Source of the DNA: Lingula anatina
Taxonomy: Eukaryota; Animalia; Brachiopoda
NCBI GenBank assembly: GCA_051362555.1
Contig: CM120640.1
Location: 50,198,788-50,262,787 of the forward strand
Reading direction: 5' to 3'
Length of the DNA: 64,000 nucleotides
This document shows positions 44,081 to 57,320 of this stretch, piece by piece. The first letter of the stretch is position 1, and each line of letters begins with the position of its first letter. The position numbers and the translations under genes were made by a program. The notes under the pieces are model-generated. The model saw nothing but the letters and a program-made list of their open reading frames with translations. It searched no databases and was not told the origin of the DNA.

Positions 44081-44302
44081 ACCTTTTTTCGCTTGAAAAA
44101 GTCAAGTGCGCTGAGTCAATCACTGATCTTCTCTCTCGCTTGATCAAAATAGCGAATAAGCACCAATTCACTTGCTAGGCTGTATTTATACGTCACATTA
44201 ACGGGTGCAAATCTCCGTGATGTGATTGGCCAAGAGTTTAATGGCGGATCCAGAAGGTTGGGAGAATCTATTGATACGAGTCACAGCAGCGCGCATGATT
44301 GG
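44081..44302 (-). promoter_or_regulatory. CCAAT-CCAAT-CRE-TATA-Inr core promoter with a non-coding first exon of about 75 nt (44157-44083)
   Basis: CCAATCA near 44302 and 44229, then GTGACG-TATAAATA at 44196-44183, Inr-like TTATTC at 44159-44154, and donor AAG/gtaatg at 44083/44082. Confidence 0.5.
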
Positions 44303-47300
44303 CAGAGTATTAAAACCGAGCTTTCACAAACATAAAAGATGCTGGAGATTTAATACGATCACGGATTATGAAGCTTTGATTGTAAATATTTAGAATGTAT
44401 GTAAGCAGCAGTGCTCAACGTGAATGAAAGCGATCACCGTTGAAAAAAAAATGATTGAGGGGAAGAATATAATGGTAAAATCTCGAGGGGCAAAAAAATA
44501 AGAAGTGAAAATTTTAATTGATTTGGAGACATAGAAATTTCCCGAGAATGAATAAGAGACGAATTTCGTGCCAGAACACCACAGACGGGAATTTGATAGA
44601 CCTGTGTGATTCTGCTACCAGACGCTGACAAATCGCCTGCATCCTACAACACTCTGGCAGTTGCCGAAGCAGAAATATTGGAATAGGTAACGAGGCAGAA
44701 TAAAGAGTATGATACCAAATTTTTGTTGACAGGTTTATTCACACGTAAGTTCTCTGCATAATTAGTTGGCAGGAACCGTTTTTTTTTACTCCGTAGAACG
44801 AGTCTGAAAACAAAGTTGACCCCTCTCCATAATCTACCATACTCTGCTGCTGTTTCCCGAGATAGTAAGCCTATGTCACTAAAACGAATGAAAAACCGTT
44901 TTGAAATTATTATCTTATATATAGAATTAATTTATGAAATGTTCTTTTTGGTTTATTTGATCTCAAACTAATGTAATTTTCGAGAGAATAGATGTTCCGT
45001 TCATATTTGTTAATCAATCGCGCTTGATTCCATCAAATGCCGAAAACATTCCTTTTGTATGATTCCCTAATATTCAACACGTTTTCAATAGGTGATGTTA
45101 ATATTTTCCATTAAAAGGTCAACTATTCTTCGTGATTATGGAACAGAACTTTTGCAGAACCCATGCATGAATAATTATTGAACGTAATCCAACATTTTAA
45201 CTGCAAGTGCCTTTATTAAACAGCACAGCCATAACTGAGTAACCCGAAAGATGGTCTTAAATATGCATTGGTAATACATGCCACACATAAAATAACTTTT
45301 AAAAATTATCTACTATAAACTCAATGGAAATACATTTTATATCTCTGTGTTGGATGAACAACGTTTACAATTCAGTTGTCTTTGTAATGTTATCAAGAAA
45401 GCTCACAAGACCAGTAAAATTATTGCCAATTGCGACTTAACATCTTCATACAGTATGATTTTTATTAATTTCTATCTTTAAAAAATCTAGCTTCTTATAT
45501 GTACTTTACTACTTCACATATTCTGTCATTAACTTTAATAGTAATGAAGTTGCAACGGCCAGATGTGTACTGTTGCTCAATCGTATATTTGAATGACCAC
45601 CTTGTTAACTCTAATATCTGATAATCAGCATTTCGCTGAGTCGAATTAAAAGCGACACGTTAATTAGACTGAGATGATTTGCTGCTGCCAGCTTGATGAC
45701 TTAAGCCTCTGTAAACTGGTGTAAACAGCTCCACCTCTCTTCGCATTTTCATATTGCACACGGCAGGATGGAGGTGTGTAATTATAAGCAGTTACAGATC
45801 GCAAAGCTTAGGCGTGAACAATGGGGTTAACACCATGATTGCACGCCTCTGCCTTAGCACGCGCGCGCAGCAATTATGGAGCGTCGTGGGGCTAATTTTC
45901 AGGAAGTTATGCTATAGGATTTCGCAGGTGAAGAAATTCAAGAAAGTAAGGACAGATGCTGCAAAAATCTCCACAATATATGAATGTCAGAAATACACGA
46001 GTCTGTTTCTTTTACAAGTACACGCAAGAACTACAAAGAAAAATTGAGGAGCAGTTGTTTACGGGTTCTGGATTTTAAATGCTGCCTCGGAGTTCGTTGT
46101 TGATAACAGGTAGCTGTTACCTAAGCCTCCCTCTCGCAGCGCTGTAAGTGCACCGCGTGTTCGTGTATTTTCATCGTGATTGGAAATCTCTTAAAATCGC
46201 CTCAACATCATTAACATGATTAACAGCGCAACATGCAAGGGCCTATCGTGACACTTTTGTGGAAGAGGTGCTTCATAAGCTTGTGGTATATACATATCCT
46301 TCACTGTTAGCTTATTTCATTATCTTTCCAGGCAAAGGTTGACTTGATTAGATATTTTGAATGCTCAAAGGGGTTGATGAAAAATTAACAACGCGTCCAT
46401 TTAAAGTCCACATGCAAATTTCGCCCCGCTTGGTCGGAAAGAGACACGATAGCCTCTCCATCGTAACGCAAAATAATTATGCATGATTAGTGTGCAATAT
46501 GTCAAATTGCTCTTGTATTTGTGACAGGGATTAGTAACATTTTTGTAATCATCCCAGAAGAAGGTATTCTAGCAAAAAATTAAATTAATTCAACGCGCTT
46601 GTTAGTCGCTAGAATATTCGCCTCAGTGAATGTTCGAGATGACCGCAAGCGCACACAGACTATGCAGGGCTGATGTCTTCTGGCGGATGAGCACGCACAG
46701 AATAGGATATTATACAGAAGGTTCTTTACTGAGAGGACATGCTTGTTACATCGCCAATTTTTTTCACTTCCCAATGGGGTATTGTTTTACAAAGCGTTTC
46801 CTATGGCTGTTTTTCTTTTTTTTTCGTGAATTTCCCAGATGATCTAATTAGGGGGCTGTCGTTGTAACAGATTGTTGCGGTCATAGCACATTAATATCTC
46901 TAATACGTTGATCATATTCCTTATCGGTTTTATTATTGTCAACATTTTCAGCGTATGATGCTGAAAACACCTTAGCTCACAAGATAATTTATATTTGACG
47001 CATTGGATCCTTTTAACACCCCCAGTGACGCACTTTTCTCAGTGTGGTTATCTACATTTATTTTCGTTCAAAATCATGTCGGTTTTCACATTATTTTTCA
47101 TTCTCAGAAATAAATAATTGTGCCGTTCAGCGTCATTGAAAAGTTTTCGTCCACCAGCAGACATTTATTTTCTTTAAGTAGTTCCACCTGAAGAAAACAC
47201 GTGCACGTGTCCCTATTAGTGGTTCATGCGGCGACGAAGAGAGAGTAGGGTTTAAATGAATAAAAATGTCTTGTAAGAACGAACGCAGATATGACAGCAT

Positions 47301-50300
47301 GTCAGCGTGCGTAAGCCTCTTACGGTCACGCAGTATTTTAAGTTGCAATTAAGAACATTTAGGTTTCGATTAATGTCGACGTAGTATAATGAAATACAAA
47401 CTAGGAAAGCACAAAAAAGGCTATTTGCCTCATAACTGTGCTTGTAATCTCATTGTCAGTAAGATATTTCCTCTGGAGTTGCGTCAGATTATGGACCACT
47501 TCACGTGGCATTCCGGTTGCGAATGGCACAACTTCAATCCCACTCCAGACCTTAAGATGTTGCCAAACAGGGCATAATAATAGAAATAATCCGGAGTAAT
47601 TTGAAGACATTAACAGCAACTTCTAAGTATACAACTTAGATGCCGGTAATGAGCGAAATCTTTCCTCTCCGCGGCATCATCTCCCATCTGTTCAAAGTAT
47701 ATTCACATTTCCCTTGTAGTATTTTTAAATCCAGATTATCATTGGATATGTAGAATGGCCTTTTAGTGAAAAGCCTTCTAAACTGCTGTCCAACAAACTA
47801 TTTTAGAAGTCTTTTTTTCTTTGGTTTGCTGAATTTTCTCGGCGTTTCTTCAATGATGACTGCACGAATAAAATGAATAAATCACAGTCAATAAATGGGG
47901 ACTGAAAATTGTTAACAATAATAGTATCATAAAATCGTTAAATGTTAAATCCTGTCGGTCCAATATGTTACCTATTTAAGCCCTGAGTAAATTCCGAAAG
48001 AACCAATATTTCATCTGCAGTCATTTGAATCTGTAGGGCATCTGACATTGCGTATGTTAGCATATCCTAGTCCCTAATGTGCTATCAAATTCTTCTACAA
48101 TGTGATAAAAATACATTAAGAAATAATGAAATACATGAATGTCCTTTTGTCAAACAAATCAATGAACCAATATGGCAATATAAAAAAGTTGCAAATTTTT
48201 TAAAGAATGAAAACGTATTACTTAAACCAATATCATCAAAATGTATATTATCATATATAGCGCTTGACATTCATTTTACACCAATGATAAAAATTATATC
48301 TATTTACCAAGTTACCATTATCTTTGTATGGAAATATCCAGTGAAAGCGACTGCCCCTGTTTTGAGACGCCATGCTGTTGGCTTTTCCTGGCGAATGAAA
48401 AATTGAGAGAAATGCGTTTTGCTGAGAAGCAGTTTCCCCAAAAATGTGCAGGTTAAACTCCAGCAACAACGTCGGCGTATAATTCTCACTTGTGATTTGC
48501 AGTTTTGCCAAGCTATATATATTTTAATTGCTGGTGAATTCAGCTGGATGCATTAAGTATAGAAGCAGAAAATCTGAATCTTTCTGCTAAATGAACAATT
48601 GTTTACAGATAAATAGAGTGACGATTTGTCTTGACGCTCGGACTTAAATCGGTTCGACATGACTCTAGTAGGGTCCCAAAAATGCTGAAAGTGCGATAAT
48701 TTATTTCATCAAAGCCGTTCAGCTATATTTAGAAAGCATTCTTTATGATGGAATTGTTGTGTATTTTTCATATTTCTTTAAAAATAACTTTGTGACTGTG
48801 GTTGGAAATTGAAATTCCAGACACCAGCGTTTCTCGGTAATTAGGCGTTCGTTGCTTCCAACGCCCTCGGGGTTTGGGGCTTTGGAAATGAAACAAAAGC
48901 CTTGATTACTAGGAGCTGCAGATAACAACACTGTCATCCTACATTGTGAAGATGAGCGGAAAATCGTGCGCTTTAACAACTATCAAATTTCGTTGTCTTT
49001 TGATGCGATCTTAATTAAGTTATTAAGGAAACTTGTAGTAAATTTGCTGTCCATTATCGGAGTAAAAGTGATTAGTATTTAGTTGTCGCGACGAATAATG
49101 TAACATTTATCTGGATTATATTATTATATTTTGTTTGTATTATACAGGATCAGGGGAAATTGCTGAGTTCATTTTCAGAAATTGCAAGGAGCTGTTTTTC
49201 ATTTTCATTCATCTGGTTCATTCTATTCAGAGAGTGATGTAAAAAGTGGTAATGAGATCAAAATAGAAAATGAATCCCGCCATTTTTAATCTCATAACGT
49301 GCATAAGAATAACAAAGCGACTGAAAGTCATACACAGTAAAAAAGTAAATTATATCATCCCGGCCAATACTTTCAGTGTTTGCATGTCCAACGAACTGCG
49401 AGTCATTATTTCATCATTCCATTCTAGGTAATTCTAGCGCCAGTCGCATGTTCCCTGATTGACGTGGAGCGGATATGGGGATTTTATTTTAAGATGTTTG
49501 GGCTGAGTCGATACGTTTCCTGGTCACCTGGTGTCCAGCGCTTCTTAAGGCTGCTTCTTGCCGGCAACCAGAGGAACTTTGGCAGATGCGACCGGGTTCG
49601 TGTCACGAAAAAGAAAAAAAAAACAACCAGCGTTTATACAGCAGTTATGAAATTTTGCTTTCTTTACTTGTAAAACATAAGTGTGTTTTTCGGTAATGAT
49701 CTGCTCATTTAAGGTTTTTCTTTATAGCAGGAAAAAGGTCAAATTCTAAAAAACCAAACCACAGGAAAATGAAAACTTTAGGAATGTTTGCTTTTCGTCT
49801 TTAGAGAGGACTTTTTTAAATAGGATTATTCTATTCTAAACATTATGAAAACGGATTTTTCTTGAATAAGACATCGCCTTTCTGCATGCTGAAAATAAAA
49901 TAATATTTTAGCATTAGACCAAGAGTTTGTCAAAAAACCATTACAGCCAAGATATTGTACTGTGAAAAATAGGCATTGAAGTCCTCTCTAAAGATAAAAC
50001 TGTCTGCTGGGATGAAACAGCTGTAGCTGAGCAAACTAGCTCAGACATTAGTATTCTTCACTGGCAATTGCCCATGTCTGTGTATATTTCATATTTCATT
50101 TCCATCTGTGTTATCAGTAATACCCACCACGTATTAATCAACAAGGAAATGAGGAATAAAGATTAGCTGACCCTTATATCATTCGGGGCCCTCGAGCAGA
50201 AGATGAGTTTGATTGAGCTTAGATGATCATATGAAATCAGATATTCAACTGATATTACTTCTCTCGTTGGCAACGTTGTGGTTCCTTCAGCACTTGCTGT

Positions 50301-51741
50301 GCTAGTAGAGAAGTGTGTAGCAAGCCAGGCCTTTTTTTATTATTAACAGTTACTTATGATCCTCAAACTTCTTTCGCTTGCCGCAGGACATTATGACAAG
50401 GCAAAAGAATTAAAGGAGACGCATTTTGAAGGTTTACTGTGCAGAACATACATGGAAAATCATCTTGTCGAAAAATGTGTGACGGCATAGTAACAGCACG
50501 CTTTTGAATATTATACGCGTGGACCTCTGCCTATTGACACAGACCAATTAAACCTAACAAGAGGAAAATGTTCACATTATGCAGATCAGTTTATTCTGAC
50601 AGGTGATCAATTTCGACAAAAGCAGGTATGCTTATCGTAATCCAGACATGACTGGTGCCTAAACTCTGAAACAACAGCGGGGTGCATTTTACTGAACGAG
50701 ATGTATAATATGAAAATAAACATGGCAATTCAGGGATTGTGTGCATATTGTTATACATTTATTGTCTGTCTTGAATAATGATAACATTTTGTGATATCAA
50801 ACTTTTCTCGAACTCTTTTGACAGCTTACTTTACAATTAAACATTGCTGTGTCAAATAGTATTGATAATATAGTGGCATATCTTATGCAACAAGTCCAAA
50901 AAAAATCATATTTTAGCGAGGTGACTACCTACAGGATCCCATGTATATTTCATACTGTAAAAGTACTTATTTCTAATGAACTGTATGCTAGTTTATTTTT
51001 CTATAAGTTCAATAAGTGTTATACCTACACTTTTTCCCTAATCATCTTCCTTTAAGTCTGTGTAATTTTACTACCTTTACATATTGGCGTAATTTGTATA
51101 ATATTTATACACATAACTATATTAAAACCCCATCCGCATTTCATAATAAATATTGTAAACCACCAGCCTGACTATTTTTCCTTCTTTTCATCCATAGTAA
51201 CTGGTCAGGGAGATAATAAATTTCAACCTCGTTAGATAATTACACTGTTACACGAGTATTCCAAAGCAAGGGCATCCGATAGAAACGTTTAAGTTACATA
51301 AGTACGTGATAGATCGCGTAAATGTCATATGTGAGGTCTTTTTCAACTGCACTTGTATTACAGGCTGTCACACATCTCCACTGTGACCGGTGGGACCCAA
51401 AAAGAAGAAAACGGCGTTTGGGTAACCCTTTATCAGCCATCAATGAAATATTCAATATTCGGGGAAATGGTTCTGAAAACGTAGTTTGGGTCATATTAAT
51501 GAGTGGCTATCTGTAAGTAAGAATGCGAACTCCCTTGGCATAAGACATAAATCATACAGCTAAATTGGATTTTCGGTCAATGGTGTGTTATTCTATTTGC
51601 AGAAGTAGAGGTTTAGTCAATGTTAACTGGGCATAAAAAGGAAAAGAAATAAAGAAATATAATTTTCATGGAACCGGAAGACTTGTTTTCGTTCTTGCTA
51701 CATATTATCAATTTTCACCATCATATATTTGATCTCAAAAA

Positions 51742-51773
51742 GTGTGTGTGTGTGCGTGTGTGTGTGTGTGTGT
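51742..51773. repeat. Imperfect (GT)n microsatellite
   Basis: Direct reading; one GC interruption. Confidence 0.95.
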
Positions 51774-54700
51774 TTACCATAGATCAGATTGAAATCGGAA
51801 ACACGTCATTAACATTTGGATATCTCTGATTAAAATTCATTAAATAAAATGAAGTTCAATATAACAATGAACATTCTTAATATGATTGGAACCATTTACA
51901 TGACCTCTTTGTCTCATAGCCGTTTTCTGTTATACTTTTTCTCAAAAAGAAAATCAAGCAAAGTGGATTCAATTAAGACCTTATTTTCAATTATTATTAT
52001 CATTATTATCTTTTATCTCTTTTTTTTTATTTTAAATTTTTATAGAAATATTCTTATGGCTACTTTTGATAAATAATAGATTAAATAAATAGCATTTAGG
52101 TTTGCCTCTCTGAGCAAAATAAGATTAAATTTCTCTTTACCTGGAACGATTGGTAATGTGGCTTGACTCTCCCGAATAGGAGGCACAGTAAGAAAACTTT
52201 AAACCCTTTTTGTAAGGAACATTTTAGTCATGTATCAGCAAATTACCTTGTATCTGAATTTTTTATTTTAATATCTACCAAAATTGCAATTAAAATGTTC
52301 TTTTATAGTATGGTGCTATCTAAATTTAAAATTGCTCTGACTTTGTTTCACATTTCATTTCAGGTTTAAATAAAAAAAATAGGCACTGTACACAATCTTG
52401 AAATATTTGTGATTTCACCAATATCTATTTTTTGGCTAAAATCTCTTTCAAAAATACCCAAATATAACATCTTGATTATTATTATGTTTTTATGATGATT
52501 CTTAAGTGACCTGAAAACAAAACTAGTTCAGATAAGAGCTGAACTGGATTCTGATGTGGACTGCAACATATGTATTTGAAACAGCAAATATGTGACATTT
52601 TGGATTTAAAATGTCTAGTAATAGGGGCATTTTATACTTGAATAAAGTCATTTTCTGTTGTATTAGGTAAACCTGTCATATTTAGAATATCAAATCCGAA
52701 TATATTGAACAAACAGAATAAATCCGATATGATATGCAGGTTTTACATGGTGAAAGCAAGTTTAAACTGCAACCGATCAAAATTTGTAATCTTTGGAATA
52801 TATATAGAAATCGCAAGACTGGTAATGTTTTTCCTGCTAACAAGCCCCTGAAAAAAAGATTTATCGAAAAACTATCAAATGTATTTCCTTCGCAGATTAC
52901 TTTCAGTATTGCTTAAAAAGGTTGTGCTTATTTTTCCATTATTGTTTATCCGTATAGAAAACTATTGCATGTCAAACTGATAACAAACCGCGACCAAGTT
53001 ATTTGAAACGATTGAGTTTTTCAGAAAACTTGATTTTTTTCTCCAAGCAATTTTCTTGGATACTCTCACCAAGTGTGAGTCAATACTTCTAATAATAGAA
53101 ATACTCCCTTTACACCAAACACTAAAAAGCTCACATAAATACACAAGAGAGAAATGTAAGTTCTTAACACAGACAAAAGACGAGGCGGCGATCAAATTAA
53201 TGGCAAACTTCATCACAATATACTGTAAAAAGAATTTTGTTATAATGAGCCATGCACATATACAAAAAAGTGTACTCTCTATATTTATATTTATTGGCAC
53301 ATGATTTAGACATCATACCTATTACTGCTCATCATTAACATGTTAGATCATAACCTTTGTAACAAATGTGCCAGTGTTAGTAAACATTATCATTATCAAT
53401 AATCCTTCTTCGCACACAAGAAGGCGATATTACATCCAGCGTTTGAAGACGAAATATGCTTAAGTCCATAACAGTGCAGGGACACGAACATGTCCTTCCT
53501 CATTATAACTGATGATCATACACGGCAGTTGAATACCTAGGGGTAAACGTGTTTATTTATCCTACCTCAATTATAGAAAAGTCACTGGTTTCATTAGGAT
53601 ACGTTCCTTAGTGGCAGTGGTATGCAGTCTGCTCTGATTTAACCAGAATAAATGTTCTTGCATGACTACTCCACTTGGCTCAGACCATGCGACATGGCGC
53701 ACCATCGTGTAATGCAGGCTAACTGGGAATTGTTTTACCAGCCTAATCATGCGCAATTTTACTTGACTGTAACGTACAAAGTTTAATGAAAAGAAAATAG
53801 TCAAAAGACAATGAAAGCCATTGGGAATTTCCCACCTCGAAGTTTACAGAGGCAGCAAAAGGAGCCTCTATTTAAGTATGCGGGCCACACGGATAGACCA
53901 CAAATAGAAAAAGAAAGAATTGCACAAAAACTTTAAATGTCTGACAAATGTTTCTATTCTCTAAAAATATATGTACCCCCCCCCCCAAAAAAAAAAAAAA
54001 TACATACATACATATTTATTAGCGACATCTTTCTTAAATTACCTTGTACTGGTCAAATATACACTTATTAACCCCTTTGTTATCATTTTTACATGTTTTA
54101 ACAAATTTAACCTTTGAGAAAAATTAATAATAATCATGATTGTGTCATTTGCTACTAGACAGGTGACTTCTCTTTGTTTTCAAGTAAGATAGCCGCATGT
54201 ATCTCATTTATTTTCACGGATTCTGCACCCGAGTAGAAGTTTACCAATCAAGCACAATCACATGGCGAGTTTTCACGCCATTCTCTTACGGCTGATTCGA
54301 AGAAAACAATTTTTTCATCTTGGTCGAGTGAGCTATAACGCCTGGTCATTTCAAGTAGAAAATTCCCGCGTAACGCCACCACTGTCGCTTCCGAGAGAGC
54401 GTCCTATGGACACTATGGCCAAACGCCGGTCTATAATTTACTGGGAAAGACCCTCAATTTTCGGCGGATTAAAATCAGACCAGTTTAATGTTGTTTTCCA
54501 TGTCGTTGACCATTCGAGTGCGATTTGAGTAGCGGAATTGATTTGCTGCAGATCTCCAAGGTAATTATAGCGATCTCAGCTAAGTCGCCCTTGTCCGTAG
54601 TATGAGAGGCACGCTGCTGCTCTTGCCTCTGGCGTCAAGAGCACCAAGTGCATCTCTGGATGGAAGCAGTCTTCAAGAGGCATCATGCAGATGTTTAGTA

Positions 54701-57232
54701 AGGTTCAACAAAGGTCACAATCCAAGTCCCCTATGGAAATTACACTGAAAGCATAAACCCGTAGATAACAGAATTTTTAAACTTGGGATTTTTTTCACGA
54801 ATTTTTTTTTGTCTAAATTTTTCATGCGGATAGGGCGCAAAATTAGTTCCCCAGTGTTGGTCATTATGATTCAATTTTTAGCATTTTTTCCACATCCAAT
54901 TGTTGTCACGCCTGCTTATTCCCAAACGGCCCCTGTCCTTGCAACATTCTGTATTTTTATACTATATATCCCATATCGTAATGATCCTTTCTGTCTATAT
55001 TCATAGTATATCAGCAATACTACAGAAATCTCGAGAGGGTGACTCGGAAGCTACAGCCTACACGATAGCAGAGCTGATCTACGATGCTGATGAGCACATA
55101 ATGCAGACGAGGCGGTAGACTATTTATCTAAGTAAATATGTCACTGTTAACCTGGGGATTGCCTGCACACAGTTCATGCAACTTCCACAGACGTATAGAA
55201 GTTATTAAACTAACGAAGCTTCAATAAACTTGTTACGCAGAGATGCGTGAATTATGGTTAATTATTGCTGCAGGGCATTAACTAATGAATCCCAGGGCTG
55301 CAAAGCGTGGTGAGATCGTCCTGTTCTTTTACTTGCTTACATCTTTGATTTCAATAGGAAACAAAAAGAAATCGTAGTGAGATTATTGTGGTGGAGATTG
55401 AAGAATTGTTAACTACCGGTTTATCAGTTCCCCGAAGAATTTCAATCGACAAGGCAAAGAAAAAAGGTTGGATTCGCAAGGAAATAGTTAGGTATGATGA
55501 AATTAAATAAAAGTTTGTAAATGTGCGAATACACCATCTTTAATATAGTCAGGGAGCCTAGATTTTTTTCACATGCACAAGGTGAAATAAAAAAGTTGAT
55601 TTTAGAACAATAGATTTCAAGGGTGTTAAATATGATTCTTGGTACATTAGATAAATTAAAAAGGAAGTGTCAGACACCATGTGTAAAAACCGGTCATAAG
55701 AAAAGAAGCTGTCGTAATTATTTAGAAACAAGCTGGTCGGCAATCAATAGTTTCAAGACTGCCCATCTGGTATATATTCCTTTTTTCATTTTCGCGGTAT
55801 CCGTTTGCTGTGCAAACAAAAGTGTATTGCGTTTTAAGAATGCATCAAAATTATATTGATATGCTTCAGGCCCATTTTTAGACTCACATTCGTAGAGATA
55901 GTTCAAATGCTCCAAAATGGTCCAGAATCAAGGAGTACACGGTATCACCACTATATCCCCACACCACTCCTACAGTTTTAACTCTCTTGTGCTATGTGCT
56001 AAATACACGATCGGTTATATGTACCGTTGACCACTGAACGCTGCTACCAAATCTTTGTTCAGGTGCGCCGTCTTCTAGCAGCAAGGTGAAATATATTGTA
56101 CCATTTGTGGAGTACTCGTATCTTTTTCCTATATTTTCATTCAGAGTGAAGGAGGATAATATCAAAAATATTATACTGATATGCATAATTACATATTTTC
56201 AAAAGCGACGAGATTTTTACCAACCACACGCTGCGTAAAAGACTGCGTGTATCTGAGCGAATGAGCTGTCGCCAGTTGTAGTATAGCTTATGTGGGTAGT
56301 TAATGCCACTCTTTGATTTCAGTATCAATCCTTGTGTTTTTATGATAGTATCTTTAAAACAACAGCTAAGATCAATTATTTGCAATCCAAAATTATGTAA
56401 ACCATAGTAAGTGAATGTATCATACAGCTGATGAAATACTTTTTAGACCTTTTATTACATATGAATTGTTTTTTCTGATATTTTCATTTAGAAAAAAAAT
56501 TTCATCTATTCCATTTCAGTTATTCTATCAGTTAGTGGGAAGGTTATGTGCCCATGCTCACCACACTCATCGGTCCTGGGCAGTCTCACTGTGGTCCCCA
56601 CATCGCATATTAATGACCTAAATAAATAATTAAATATCTCTTCATAATTTTCCTTTCACCTTCTGCTATTTAGGCCACCTTGTATTCAAAGTTAAGATGA
56701 CAAGAACCTAAAGCCCCCCCCCCCCTCTCTCTCTCTCTTGTGTCAGCTCACGTCTACACATCCCAGCGAGTTTTACCTCCCCGAGGTCCACAGATTTATA
56801 GTTTAATGAAATTGCTTCAAAACAATATTGCGTTCGCATCTTAATTACTAAGAACTTATGTTGGTTCAGGCGCTTTTAAAAAGAAAATCTTCTTATAGCA
56901 AAGTACTGTTCCATTTAAATACCAAATGCAGGATTTGATTGATGGTACGTAGGTCATTTTTACGGCACCCATCTCTCCTTAAAAAAGTGAAAACGGGGAG
57001 AAAATTTAACTTTCAAGAAAATTGTCTTTACTTCTTGAGTGATTGCTTTTCCTACATTTTTATTTTGGTCTTATTTTTACTCTATAAATGCGGTATCGGA
57101 CAAAAACGCAATTCTGTCCCAGTACCAACTACCGCAATGCATTGGTAACAACTGCTCACGTATAGAGTCACTTGTCCTTCCACCGACACCGTTTACTGTT
57201 CAACGACCATCCTAGACAACCGGGCTGTTGAA

Positions 57233-57320
57233 ATGGCAGCAGGGACATTGGTCGTCGTATTTTCATTTCTTTGGGTTCGGTTTACTACACTGCCTGTTGT
57301 ATATGGCCTACCCGTGCCCG
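57233..57320 (+). CDS. Protease exon 1: signal peptide ([29 protein letters not shown])
   Basis: gaaATGG Kozak context, hydrophobic core, VYG cleavage motif, donor G/gtaagt in phase 1. Confidence 0.85.

Noticed and set aside
54757-54775. AACCCGTAGAT, matching the 5' end of miR-100; similar partial matches to miR-96 (about 39264), miR-10 (about 35530) and miR-219 (about 57104)
   Set aside because: Matches are partial, the rest of each mature sequence diverges, and I saw no precursor hairpin.
55242-55252. Partial Pax6 paired-domain consensus TTCACGCAT (minus strand); other TTCACGC cores at about 20200, 27150 and 28420
   Set aside because: Core-only matches at a frequency compatible with chance.
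25609-57148. Numerous 60-112 aa ORFs in the intergenic interval
   Set aside because: No domain motifs, no consistent splice chains, and composition typical of random AT-rich ORFs; no transposase or reverse transcriptase signatures.
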